Source of the DNA: Candidatus Heimdallarchaeota archaeon
GTDB taxonomy: Archaea; Asgardarchaeota; Heimdallarchaeia; Hodarchaeales; Hodarchaeaceae
Length of the DNA: 37,801 bases
Direction of reading: 5' to 3'
NCBI GenBank assembly: GCA_019057635.1
Contig: DXJL01000025.1
Span: forward strand, 1 to 37,801
Part shown: one piece after another, positions 27,105-36,927 of the stretch
Position numbering within the stretch: position 1 is the stretch's first letter
Layout of the letters: every line of letters begins with the position of its first letter
Position numbers and translations under genes: made by a program
Notes under the pieces: model-generated
Seen by the model: the letters and a program-made list of their open reading frames with translations, nothing else
Told to the model about the DNA's origin: nothing
Databases searched by the model: none

Positions 27105-27818
27105 ATGGCCTTGAGTAAAGAAAGACTAAATCGCCCAAAAATAATTCTATCTACAGCAATAAGCCTTGATGGTCAAATAGCTACTTTAACAGGAGATGAT
27201 AAGCTATCCAATGCTGAAGATTGGAAAAGAGTACATCATCTTAGAGCTAAAAGTGATGCGATAATGGTGGGAAGTGGAACTATTTTAGCTGATGATTCTA
27301 AATTAACAGTTAAACCAGAGTATTTCAAACCAGGGTATAGTATTAACAATCCTACACGAGTGGTAATTAGTTCTAGTGGAAATATCCCTCTTGATGCTAG
27401 AGTCATAGCTTTTCGTCCTGAAATACCCACAATTATTGCCACTACATCTAAATGTCCACCTGCTCAGAAAAAGAATTTTCTTAGAGAAGGATGTGAAGTG
27501 ATTATCTGCGGGAAAGGACCATTGGTCAATTTAAAACAGCTAATGTCGATTCTATTTTCAGATTTTAATATAAGAACAGTATTGTTGGAGGGGGGGAGTA
27601 AGTTAAACGGTAATATGCTTGCAGAAAAGCTGATTGATGAGATTCACGTTGCCATCGCTCCAGTTCTTGGAGGAACTGGAAAACCATTCTTTTCATTACC
27701 TTATACCGTAAGTTCTTTCACCCAACCACCTTTTTTTGAAATTTTAGAAAATAAGATTATAGGGGATATGATCTGGCTCTACCTAAGAATCTGTTATGAG
27801 TCTAGTAGAATGATATAA
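27105..27818 (+). CDS. ribD: RibD C-terminal-type pyrimidine reductase (riboflavin pathway, ArfC/RibG-like)
   Basis: AISLDGQIA, VHHLRAKSDAIMVGSGTILADD, LEGGSKLN, LIDE and APVLGG motifs. Confidence 0.9.
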   Translation: MALSKERLNRPKIILSTAISLDGQIATLTGDDKLSNAEDWKRVHHLRAKSDAIMVGSGTILADDSKLTVKPEYFKPGYSINNPTRVVISSSGNIPLDARVIAFRPEIPTIIATTSKCPPAQKKNFLREGCEVIICGKGPLVNLKQLMSILFSDFNIRTVLLEGGSKLNGNMLAEKLIDEIHVAIAPVLGGTGKPFFSLPYTVSSFTQPPFFEILENKIIGDMIWLYLRICYESSRMI

Positions 27819-27836
27819 CAAAAATGGATGATCTTC

Positions 27837-28709
27837 TTAGATTGGGAGAAGAAAACTCAAAACTCCGTATATGACGCAAATAGCGAGCGGATTGGATTTG
27901 AATGATCCCAGTGACTTAATAGCGTAGTATATTAAAATTAAACTCCACAAAATTACCATTATTTCAATACCGAAAAGGAGAGCGTCAAATAAAAAGCTTG
28001 TTCCTCCTTCTGGTGAGATTATTTCCATTTCCCCCAAAGATTGAAAGATTATCTGCCCTCCTCGGGAGACAAAAAACATATTATAGATGATTGTAATGAA
28101 CTGATAAATTATCATGGGAATCTGTGCCCATCCTACAATAGTGGCCATGGTTTTGTAATTTCGCGCTTTTGAATCAATATCTGAAGCAAATATCTTGTGT
28201 AGTAACCACAAAATTAAACTCAATACCAACCAATTCATCAAAGTGGAGATTGGAGTGAAAATCGGCAGTAAAACCTTGTAAAGTTCCATATACTCTGATA
28301 AATTGATCTCCTCTGTCCCGGGAAGAAAATTGAAGAATGAATCAGAAAAAATGATCTCATACTTACTAAAGAAAATTCCTAGGGCAATAGCTGTGAGAAT
28401 ACCTACTAGTAAATTTACCAAAAGTGGTTGGGAGTAATTTGGAGACAATACGATTTGTGGCATTTCCTCTTTTGGGGTAAGTAAAGCACCACGAAAATTA
28501 TCTAAAAACGGTCGTCGAGAGGTGATTTCCATCGATTTTGTCATAACGTAAGGTATAGCCCCTTGAAGAGGAGTCGAATCTCCAATTTTTGGTATTGGAG
28601 CTCCACAATAAGCACAAAACGTAGCATTTTCTAATAATTTCTTGCCACAATTCCCACAGAATTTCATTATTGGTGTACTCTTATTAAAATTCATTGAAAC
28701 CATCCTCAT
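27837..28709 (-). CDS. Zinc-ribbon plus Yip1-domain membrane protein
   Basis: FCGNCG...FCAYCG followed by about 5 TM helices with a Yip1-like pattern (ALLTP...YKTMATIVGWAQIP...LWSLILIYYAIK). Confidence 0.8.
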   Translation of the reverse strand: MRMVSMNFNKSTPIMKFCGNCGKKLLENATFCAYCGAPIPKIGDSTPLQGAIPYVMTKSMEITSRRPFLDNFRGALLTPKEEMPQIVLSPNYSQPLLVNLLVGILTAIALGIFFSKYEIIFSDSFFNFLPGTEEINLSEYMELYKVLLPIFTPISTLMNWLVLSLILWLLHKIFASDIDSKARNYKTMATIVGWAQIPMIIYQFITIIYNMFFVSRGGQIIFQSLGEMEIISPEGGTSFLFDALLFGIEIMVILWSLILIYYAIKSLGSFKSNPLAICVIYGVLSFLLPI

Positions 28710-28937
28710 GTGAATATGGAAAAATACGATTAATAACCTTCTCTATCTCATCCTCAAGAAAAAGATTGTTTTGAGGCTATCATAAATGAATTTATATCAA
28801 GGAATAATTTAGCAGAGTTTGAAATTCTTTAATTCGTTTAATATTAACAAACCTCTAATCCAGAATGTGTGAACCAACAATAATAACAGATTATATACCT
28901 AATTGGTAGAAAAAAATATTATAAATGGTTTAAACGA

Positions 28938-29255
28938 TTAATATGATCGATCTTTTAGAACAACGATTGTAAAACCAGCCGATTCATCAGGAGTGATGAT
29001 AATTTCTGATTGAGGCATTTCCACGTACACACTCTGTAACTTTCCGTGATTTAATGCGTCTGAGACACTACGTACTTTTTTTACAAGCGATGCAACATGG
29101 GCAGAAACACGTTCTGCATCAGATTGCGGTAAATTACTTTGTAACGGTAAACCGTCCTCATCACAAACTAGAATGCCACGTACACCTTGTCTTGCTGCCA
29201 GTCTTTTAATTGTATTCTGTAAGACTGAAGGAATGACATATTCTTCACCAGACAT
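28938..29255 (-). CDS. Roadblock/LC7 protein (dynein light chain roadblock-like)
   Basis: TIKRLAARQGVRGILVCDEDGLPLQSNL...EIIITPD...FTIVVLK. Confidence 0.88.
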   Translation of the reverse strand: MSGEEYVIPSVLQNTIKRLAARQGVRGILVCDEDGLPLQSNLPQSDAERVSAHVASLVKKVRSVSDALNHGKLQSVYVEMPQSEIIITPDESAGFTIVVLKDRSY

Positions 29256-29272
29256 TTTTCATTCACCAATAT

Positions 29273-29623
29273 TTATTTATCTTTAGAGGTGAGTGTCATT
29301 TGACTACTCTCTCGTTTAACTAGTGCTATAATAATAATCTCAGAATCATAATCAGGTATTATCTCTACGTCACCGACTTCTAATTCAAGTCGGATACTTC
29401 GAGCAATCTCCTGGGAGATTTCTTTTGAAATATATTTTACTTTTCCTACAAGAGAAGCAACGTGTGCGGAAACTCTCTCTGTATCTTCACCAGGAAGACT
29501 TGATTGTAACGGTAATCCATCAGTATCACTTAAGACTGCTCCATATACTCCCTTGTGTTTCCCAACGGATTCTATTACTTTTTCAAGCGCTTGATGTGAT
29601 AAATAACCTGCACCTTGGGACAT
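29273..29623 (-). CDS. Roadblock/LC7 protein, tandem paralog
   Basis: HKGVYGAVLSDTDGLPLQSSL; shares ERVSAHVASLV with its neighbour. Confidence 0.88.
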   Translation of the reverse strand: MSQGAGYLSHQALEKVIESVGKHKGVYGAVLSDTDGLPLQSSLPGEDTERVSAHVASLVGKVKYISKEISQEIARSIRLELEVGDVEIIPDYDSEIIIIALVKRESSQMTLTSKDK

Positions 29624-30050
29624 TGTTAATCATTATCCAATCTACTTATCATTCCTTAAAACCTTTTGCTTTTAATCTATTCCCAAATTTATCCAGTTTT
29701 CTTGATTAAAAAGATGAGTTCAAACGTCGTAGTCTGCAATGAATGAGTGCATTCAGATCTTTGGTCGAAAGTAACAAAAAAAAAGCTCTAATAGATATAA
29801 AGAATTAAAATCTATCTAATTGGTGTTTGAACAAACGTTTCATTCCATTAATACTCAAGAATACACAGTAAACTGAAGTTTTGCTGTGTTGTCTGACAAA
29901 TTTAGTCATGAAGTATTTTAAAATGATTTGTAGGAAGATTTCATCTGTACTCCATATGTAGATGGACAGCTTGTGGATATTTTCCTCAGTTCTGAAAGGT
30001 CAATGCTTTTATGTGAAGTAAATCTGAGCTTTCTTAGGAGAATTGTTTCA

Positions 30051-30512
30051 ATGCATTCTTCAGACAAAAATAGTAGCATTTCAGAAGAAAAGTTTGATGA
30101 GAAGTTAGATACACTCCTCACTACGGTTAATTCACTAGTCACTACCGTTAATTCAATATGTGGTCAAATTAATATCATAGATCAAAGAATAGCTGTATTA
30201 GAAGGATCTTCACACCAAGAAATTGCAACCGTGGCTGTTTCAGACTCACGAGACCCAAGAACGACCCCTCAAGTGAATTTTGATAATAAAGATGAAATGT
30301 TAAAAAGAGCTTATAATGTGCTTGCTCAAGCTCCCCGACCTCTAACTACGCAAGAAGTGGCAGATAGGATAGGCCGAAGTAGAAGTACTACCAGTCAATA
30401 CCTCAATGAACTTCATCAGAGAAATCTATTGCTAAAAACTTATGGAACTACACCTGATAAGTCTAGAAATGTTGTCTTCAGACCTGTAAATCAGAATGAA
30501 GATGAGATTTAG
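30051..30512 (+). CDS. Coiled-coil plus winged-HTH transcriptional regulator
   Basis: PLTTQEVADRIGRSRSTTSQYLNEL HTH. ATG at 30051 with AGGAGA SD preferred over GTG at 29973. Confidence 0.82.
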   Translation: MHSSDKNSSISEEKFDEKLDTLLTTVNSLVTTVNSICGQINIIDQRIAVLEGSSHQEIATVAVSDSRDPRTTPQVNFDNKDEMLKRAYNVLAQAPRPLTTQEVADRIGRSRSTTSQYLNELHQRNLLLKTYGTTPDKSRNVVFRPVNQNEDEI

Positions 30513-30606
30513 GCCAAGATATTAGGGATATTTATCCCTGAATTTATTTTCTAATGTACCTTAAGTTCCTATTTTGTATAAAAAAAAGAACTCCGAAGAG
30601 AGAAAT

Positions 30607-31140
30607 CTAGGAGGTATATTCTAAGATATTCTTCCCAAGCTTATCAAATGCGGCTTCTACACCTTCACCAGATTTCGCACTTGTTTCAATAAATGGAATT
30701 CCAAGGCTCTCGGCAAGTTTTTTCCCTTCATCTGTGGAGACTGTTTCTGCACCTTCCTCACGTAAATCTACTTTGTTAGCGAGGAGGACAACAGGGACAT
30801 TTCTATCGCGTCCAGAGTTTTTCCACATATCATTTAACCATATTTCTACATTGTCAAATGTTTGACGGCGGGTTACATCATAGACGACAACCCCACCAAA
30901 AATTTTCGTATAGTATGCCTGTACGACATCTTTGAACATTGGTTGTCCAGCTAAATCCCATATTTGCCATCTTATCTGAGTTTCTTTAAGGGTTGTATCA
31001 TGAAGGGCAAAATCTGCTCCCATAGTACTCAAATAGTCAGTTTCAAATCCTAAACCTAAATACCGCTTGCGAATAGACGTTTTTCCAACAGCTCCATCGC
31101 CTACTAATACGATTTTCCATAAACGAACATCTTCACTCAT
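30607..31140 (-). CDS. Rab-like small GTPase
   Basis: GDGAVGKTS, YLSTMGADF, QIWDLAGQ, VVYDVT, NKVD and ETSAK motifs; no C-terminal Cys prenylation motif. Confidence 0.93.
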   Translation of the reverse strand: MSEDVRLWKIVLVGDGAVGKTSIRKRYLGLGFETDYLSTMGADFALHDTTLKETQIRWQIWDLAGQPMFKDVVQAYYTKIFGGVVVYDVTRRQTFDNVEIWLNDMWKNSGRDRNVPVVLLANKVDLREEGAETVSTDEGKKLAESLGIPFIETSAKSGEGVEAAFDKLGKNILEYTS

Positions 31141-31167
31141 TTATTTCACCTTTCTTTTAATTTAACT

Positions 31168-31917
31168 TTAATTGGGTATTTTTAATGTGATGCAAGTGTC
31201 ACCTACCCATTGTGTGAAAGTAATTTCTCCTTTAAATATCCGTTCCACATATATTCTATAATCTTCCGCTGCAACTTCAGTGGGAATTATTAAAAACGAA
31301 TCTTTATTCTCAATAGGCTGTACACGAATCATAGGTTTCTCAATTTTTAAAGCATCGTTAGCAGTAGCGAGTTCTAGCTCTAATAGGAATAGAAAGTCTC
31401 TTGCTTTAATATCATCAAAACCATATTTTATCATATTGTTATCTGGTGCTAGATCAAGAAGTACTCTACTCCATTCACCGATCCAATACTCATCGGTAAA
31501 CCAGTGTTCCAAATACTCGTTTTGTCTGGCTCTAAGCTCACTCAACACAACCATGTAACGAATCATCCCTTCTCGAACGCGTCTCATCAAATCAAGGCCT
31601 GGTTTGTCATAGAGCTCATTGAGTTTAGCTCTTTCCTTGCTCAATAAAACCTTAATTTTGACAATTTCTTCTAATTGCTTATCTGAAGCAATTGGAACAT
31701 ATTTAAACACTTTTTCAAGCCATTTAATTGTCGAATCAACCTCAGGTTTACTTACTTCAGTACCACGAACTCTTGCTAGAATTTCTTGAACTAGACTCTT
31801 ATTCTTGATTATTTTCTCATAGTCATGCTGAGGGGATATTCGACGTTCCCTAATCACGTCTTCAACCTTTAAACTTGCATAGTCCGTGTGTTGTCTAACC
31901 AACCTTAATTTCGCCAT
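31168..31917 (-). CDS. Hypothetical protein adjacent to the Rab-like GTPase
   Basis: 249-aa ORF; its stop is 27 nt before the Rab-like start. Confidence 0.75.
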   Translation of the reverse strand: MAKLRLVRQHTDYASLKVEDVIRERRISPQHDYEKIIKNKSLVQEILARVRGTEVSKPEVDSTIKWLEKVFKYVPIASDKQLEEIVKIKVLLSKERAKLNELYDKPGLDLMRRVREGMIRYMVVLSELRARQNEYLEHWFTDEYWIGEWSRVLLDLAPDNNMIKYGFDDIKARDFLFLLELELATANDALKIEKPMIRVQPIENKDSFLIIPTEVAAEDYRIYVERIFKGEITFTQWVGDTCITLKIPN

Positions 31918-32056
31918 CTTTGTATACGTTTTGGAAAGTATGATCGTTTTAAATCCGTTTAGAACCCTTATTATTCTAGCACATATATATCATCTGATGC
32001 AGCTAGGATAAAGTATCTTTATGGGAACAAGAAGTCTGAAAACTTAGCTTCTTTCT

Positions 32057-33748
32057 TCATTCGATATTCGGAGTGATTTTTCGAACGTATCCCCGCCTTG
32101 TTAATTCCTCAAGTACTTCTAACTCCGTACTTTGATCTCGAAAAGTAATCTTTGCGGCCGACTCTGGAGTAAGAGTTTTAGACGCAAAAAGAGCTCTAGC
32201 AGTTGGACGGAGCTTTTCTGGAAGATCAAGTAAGCCCAAAGCATCAAAACCTTGTATTTGTACATATTTTGGGGGTTCGGTACAAGAACAGAGAGAACTT
32301 CCTATTTCTTCTTCGATACTCAGTTTTTTAGGCCTTGGATTTATTCCCAAGTTCAAAAGAAATTCATGCCTTTGATTATGAGAGGTAGTAAATTCATAAT
32401 AGAGTAGATTATGAACGCTAGTATCAGCAATATTTTCTGTTACATACTTCTGAAAGGTTTCCTCAGGATCTACTTTCAACTGTTGACTATTCTCACGAAA
32501 ATTGAGAATATTCTCCCGTAGTTGAGAATTCACTGTATGTATCTCAAAGATCCACTCCTCAAAAACATCGCTTACAACTGCTTTTGCCCCAACAAATCCA
32601 CCTATCTTTCCAGTGTTTGAAAATTCAATTAATGCCCCATGAAATTCCTTTTCAAAGCGATTTGTAAATGTTAATAATAAATTAGAAAGTGTTTTATCCT
32701 CCTTAGTGCTATAAAGTATACCTATAATGCTTTTTCCGTACTGAAAGTCAATGTATGAATTTCCATTATCAATACCTAAGAGGTCACCTCGTTTTCCTGC
32801 TGTTTCAGATATCATATGAGCAATACTGCTTAATGCCGCCGTAATCAATGCGGGATTCTTCATTTCATCTTGAGCTTTGCCAAAAAAATGATAATACATA
32901 ATTGATCCAGAGTACCTATCCGTCATAAATAATGCTTGTGGAGAAATGATTGATTTAGGCTCTAAAGTACCAAGATTTCGAATTTCCACGGCACTCTTCA
33001 ATTTATTAATGAAATCAAGGTAGATTTCATTCACTCCAGAGTTAGGGTTCTCTATGCCAAAAACACCTCGATCTGTAAAATCATGAATATCTTGGATCCA
33101 AGGAATGACATAAAATATTGGTCCACGTACTTTGTTTTCGATTTTCTTCAAAAAAACATCCACTTTTTCTAGAATCATTGGGGGATGAACCATATTCAAG
33201 ATCAATAATGTTGGAACAGTGAGGAAATGAAAAAAGTTTTGTATAGAAGATCTGGTTAAATTTATTGAAGGAAATTTATCAGTCGAGAGAAACCATACCA
33301 TTTCACTTTCCAGTAGGGTCGCCATCGTAATTGAGTTTTCTTCTAAGGTTGTAGGGATAATAAACACTAATATGTCAATAATGTCTTTAAAAAATAAAGA
33401 ATTTACTCGATGTCTAATCTTACCTGGTAGACCGTTTTCGTTAATTTGACAACCTGCGGAAGGAAGTACTCTGACAAAGGATCTTTGATCTTCTTCTTCA
33501 TGCAAAAGAAGGGATTCATTAACTAAAATATCATCGGAGATCTCGCTAATGAATTCAGTACTGTTAAAGTGTGATTTACCATATTTAGAAAGACTGTACC
33601 GTAATTTTTCTGTCAGAGAAAAGTCAACAATTAGTATTCTCGTGCCAGGATTTGATTTTGCGTATGATAAGAAAATATTTAGGGCAAGGGTTTGTTTACC
33701 TACACTTGAAGTTCGTGAATAAATGCTAATTACCTTTGGAAAGTCCAT
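32057..33748 (-). CDS. Degenerate MinD/ParA-like domain fused to a longin-like domain and a C-terminal winged helix
   Basis: VISIYSRTSSVGKQTLALNI...RILIVDF, then ILNMV and IPW (MinD-like); ALFMTDRYSGSIMYYHFF...PALITAALSSIAHMISE (longin-like); VLEELTRRGYV (wHTH). Confidence 0.7.
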   Translation of the reverse strand: MDFPKVISIYSRTSSVGKQTLALNIFLSYAKSNPGTRILIVDFSLTEKLRYSLSKYGKSHFNSTEFISEISDDILVNESLLLHEEEDQRSFVRVLPSAGCQINENGLPGKIRHRVNSLFFKDIIDILVFIIPTTLEENSITMATLLESEMVWFLSTDKFPSINLTRSSIQNFFHFLTVPTLLILNMVHPPMILEKVDVFLKKIENKVRGPIFYVIPWIQDIHDFTDRGVFGIENPNSGVNEIYLDFINKLKSAVEIRNLGTLEPKSIISPQALFMTDRYSGSIMYYHFFGKAQDEMKNPALITAALSSIAHMISETAGKRGDLLGIDNGNSYIDFQYGKSIIGILYSTKEDKTLSNLLLTFTNRFEKEFHGALIEFSNTGKIGGFVGAKAVVSDVFEEWIFEIHTVNSQLRENILNFRENSQQLKVDPEETFQKYVTENIADTSVHNLLYYEFTTSHNQRHEFLLNLGINPRPKKLSIEEEIGSSLCSCTEPPKYVQIQGFDALGLLDLPEKLRPTARALFASKTLTPESAAKITFRDQSTELEVLEELTRRGYVRKITPNIE

Positions 33749-33878
33749 AATATCCCCATCAGGGTTTCTAAATTATGTCACGTTAAAGAATGTGATGATT
33801 GTGGTTACTCGGAAAGGTTAACTGGTTCATATAATTGGTAGGAAAAGGTTTTAATTCCAGATTTATTAAGATACACAG

Positions 33879-34418
33879 CTAATATTTGTAAAAACCTTCT
33901 CCTGATTTACGACCAAGTTTTCCAGAACGAACCATTTTTCTTAAAAGGGGGGCAGCCTGAAACTTCACTCCTAATTCGTCCTTAAGATAATCTAAAATGT
34001 GGAGTATGGTGTCTAAACCTATTAAATCAGCTAAAAATAGCGGACCCATCGGATGGGCTAGACCTAGTTTGATTGCCTTATCAATATCTTCGGGTGTTCC
34101 AAGATTATCTTGTAACATAAAAACACCTTCATTTATAACTGCTGCAACAAGACGAGTTGTGGCAAAACCAGGTAAATCGTTTATTATAACTGTTTCCTTT
34201 CCAATCTCTTTACAAAAAACCAGAGACTCATCACATGTATCATCAGAAGTGCGATCACTCCGTATAACTTCTACTAGTTTCATCATCAAAACAGGATTGA
34301 AAAAATGTAAGCCAATAAATCTCTTTTGACGTTTTTCAGGAAGTTTAGAGGCTAAATCAGTAATACTAATAGCAGAAGTGTTAGATGCAAAAATACATTT
34401 AGTGGCGCAATTAATCAC
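33879..34418 (-). pseudogene. N-terminally truncated 3-hydroxyacyl-CoA dehydrogenase
   Basis: FASNTS, GLHFFNP, PGF, HPMGPL-x2-AD-x-IGLD and LGRKSGEGFY are present. The N-terminal GxGxxG NAD-binding part (~100 aa) is absent and there are in-frame stops just upstream. Confidence 0.75.
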
Positions 34419-34582
34419 ATGCTTATTAGCTTTTTTCTGACTATGGTATTGTCATAGAGAGAACTATTATTAATAGAAGTGTTCTACAGTGGATTTACAT
34501 GTACTGCAAATAATAATAAGAAACCATATCCTTTCTAAAAATTGAATAGACTATCTTAAAATATTACTGAGGCCTCCAGTTC

Positions 34583-35407
34583 ATGAATTTAGAGACACAA
34601 GAACAACCCCCAAATGTACGATTATCTTTGGACGAAGTAGGGATCACTGATTTTCGAACTCAAATTTCTATCACCAGAGGGACAAAGATTTATCGCTATA
34701 CTTCTAATATTACCGTAGTAATTGATCTACCTCCCTCAAAAAAGGGAGCTCATATGTCTAGATTCATCGAATCGATTTCAGAAATACTTTCAAGTAAGAC
34801 TGACTCCTTTTTCTCCTTAGAAGAAATGTCTATCCAAGTTCTCCAAGAATTAAATACTCGTCATCCATTCGCAACAGGAATGATCGCTTTAACGTTCGAA
34901 TTTTTTACTCCTCGAATTACACCAATATCGAAAAAGAATTCAATGGAAAACTATCAAGGGCGACTGGTAACACATTGGAAAAAAGGCATAGTAACACACG
35001 AACTCTCACTGGGTACATCTGGAAGTACAGCATGTCCTCATGCCTTAGTGAACAACGAATTCAATAGAACTCATATTCAACGGGCATATGCAGAGCTTAC
35101 GTTAAAAGGAAAGACATCTGAAATTCCTGATATGGAGATAATTAGTAAAATTATTGATCAAAGCTTTTCCGCCCCTTCCTTTTCACTGTTAAAAAAAGAA
35201 GATGAGCAATGGGTAGTAAATAGAATGTATGAAAACCCACTTTTTGCAGAGGATGTAACACGAAATCTCTTAATAAAGGCAGTTCAGGAATTTAAAGAGT
35301 TAAAACTCGATATAATTGCAATTACGACATCGATGGAGTCCATTCATAAACACAATGTTATCTCAAAAGGAAGTACAAGTACTAACTCTGAAACTAAGGC
35401 CAATTAG
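34583..35407 (+). CDS. mptA: GTP cyclohydrolase MptA/FolE2 family
   Basis: KGAHMSRF, TACPHA, THIQR, LLKKEDE, ENPLFAED and ESIHKHN motifs. Confidence 0.9.
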   Translation: MNLETQEQPPNVRLSLDEVGITDFRTQISITRGTKIYRYTSNITVVIDLPPSKKGAHMSRFIESISEILSSKTDSFFSLEEMSIQVLQELNTRHPFATGMIALTFEFFTPRITPISKKNSMENYQGRLVTHWKKGIVTHELSLGTSGSTACPHALVNNEFNRTHIQRAYAELTLKGKTSEIPDMEIISKIIDQSFSAPSFSLLKKEDEQWVVNRMYENPLFAEDVTRNLLIKAVQEFKELKLDIIAITTSMESIHKHNVISKGSTSTNSETKAN

Positions 35408-35436
35408 CCAAAGAAAACAAAGAAATAACCCTTAGA

Positions 35437-36810
35437 TCATTCCTTTTTATCAGAATCTTTGAATATTTTGTCTCTAAACATCCTTGCGGCTGAAAATATA
35501 CCCGCGCTTCCAGCATTAACTGCAGTTTTACCCACTTTTTTACCAACCGTTAGGGCAATGTCTGTTTTTGATATTTCTCCGCTCTTCACTCTTTCCATAT
35601 AATCTTTTAGCTCATCATAGGGGGGGAGAAAATCAAGCCGAATTATATCCGCTTCCCAGTACCCTCTCCCTCGTTGGAAAAAGTATGTCAATGTTACAAT
35701 ACCAAAGATGATGAAGGAAAAGATGGAGGTGATGTCATGATAGGCTTCAGAAAAACTAAGTTCTGCAAATAAGTCTTCATAGATACCAGCAGAGTTGTTC
35801 AGAATTTGCAGCTGGATTAAATGAAATCCAAGTGCCAAGCCAAGATAGATAAGAACTATGCCTTCACCCCCTACAAAACCTACAAAACGACCTATTCGAA
35901 AAGGATCATCGCTCTTCACATTTTTTACCTGTCCCGATTCATCTATTGTTACACCCGTAAGTTTAATTCTACGAGAGATACCTTGTGCACTATAAAGGAG
36001 AGCAAAAGCAACAAGTAAGAAATCAAATGTGGTAACTATATTTTCAGACCCACTGATTGAAGTTAACACGATCATTAGTTGATTGGGCAAAATCATGATG
36101 AAGAAAAGGCCTAAAACAGAGTTAAAAATATCATCAGAAAAAAATACCCCTTGTACGATTAATATTACAAGTGCAGAAACAGCAACTGCAAAGATGCCTA
36201 AAATGAGATAGCTAGTTCTAGAATCCATCATTCCGACATAAATCATCAGACCATTACCAATGAGAGAAAAAACTGCAATTACAGTCAAAAGCCCAGAAAA
36301 AATTGATTTTCTCTCGGTCTTAGGCTTACCCAAAAACAAAATACTGCCTGTTACTTTATTTGAAAACATTCCTTTAGCAAATGCGAATGACGCGACAGGG
36401 ATCAAGAAAGACCAGGCAAAGAAGGCTAATAGGGGAAAAACTTCAATGAAAAAATCAGTTAATTCGCTCAAAAGAGCTATATCTGTTGAGAATAAAGCGA
36501 GTACAAAAACGACTAAAACAATACCAAACATTAAAAATAAACGGTAAATAAATTTTAATCTCTTAGCAATAAGACCAGAGAGAATGAAACCTACAGCAAG
36601 GCTCATTTCAAGGCTGAATGCGAGATCGATTAAGTCTGGCGTTATCAGTTCAGACGCTTGCTCTTGCATGACAACTAAACCTGTTGTAACAATCGATGTT
36701 ACAAATAAAATAACAGAAAATAGAATAAATTGGCGGGAAAGGAGAATGCGTAATCCTCCGAACAATGTAGCCTTGAGATAATCCCAGAATGCTTTTTCGA
36801 CATAACTCAG
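35437..36810 (-). CDS. Polytopic membrane protein (about 10-11 TM) of unknown function
   Basis: Many hydrophobic segments. The frame is open upstream of the track's TTG (36765) to a CTG at 36810 preceded by GAGGT. Confidence 0.78.
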   Translation of the reverse strand: MSYVEKAFWDYLKATLFGGLRILLSRQFILFSVILFVTSIVTTGLVVMQEQASELITPDLIDLAFSLEMSLAVGFILSGLIAKRLKFIYRLFLMFGIVLVVFVLALFSTDIALLSELTDFFIEVFPLLAFFAWSFLIPVASFAFAKGMFSNKVTGSILFLGKPKTERKSIFSGLLTVIAVFSLIGNGLMIYVGMMDSRTSYLILGIFAVAVSALVILIVQGVFFSDDIFNSVLGLFFIMILPNQLMIVLTSISGSENIVTTFDFLLVAFALLYSAQGISRRIKLTGVTIDESGQVKNVKSDDPFRIGRFVGFVGGEGIVLIYLGLALGFHLIQLQILNNSAGIYEDLFAELSFSEAYHDITSIFSFIIFGIVTLTYFFQRGRGYWEADIIRLDFLPPYDELKDYMERVKSGEISKTDIALTVGKKVGKTAVNAGSAGIFSAARMFRDKIFKDSDKKE

Positions 36811-36927
36811 TGTAAGAACCTCAACACGCTATAATCAAAAGGCCGTTTATATCCTCTTCGAACTAAGAGGTTATTCAATTATTTTTTCTTAGCTAACTTC
36901 ATTTTTCAATGTTTCTGGGGTAAAATT

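Noticed and set aside
29425-30142. 94-aa and 74-aa ORFs around the roadblock/HTH intergenic region
   Set aside because: They overlap better-supported genes in antisense and have no motifs.
30524-30539. Short inverted repeat AGGGAT...ATCCCT between convergent genes
   Set aside because: The 6-7 bp stem is too short to distinguish a terminator or operator from chance.
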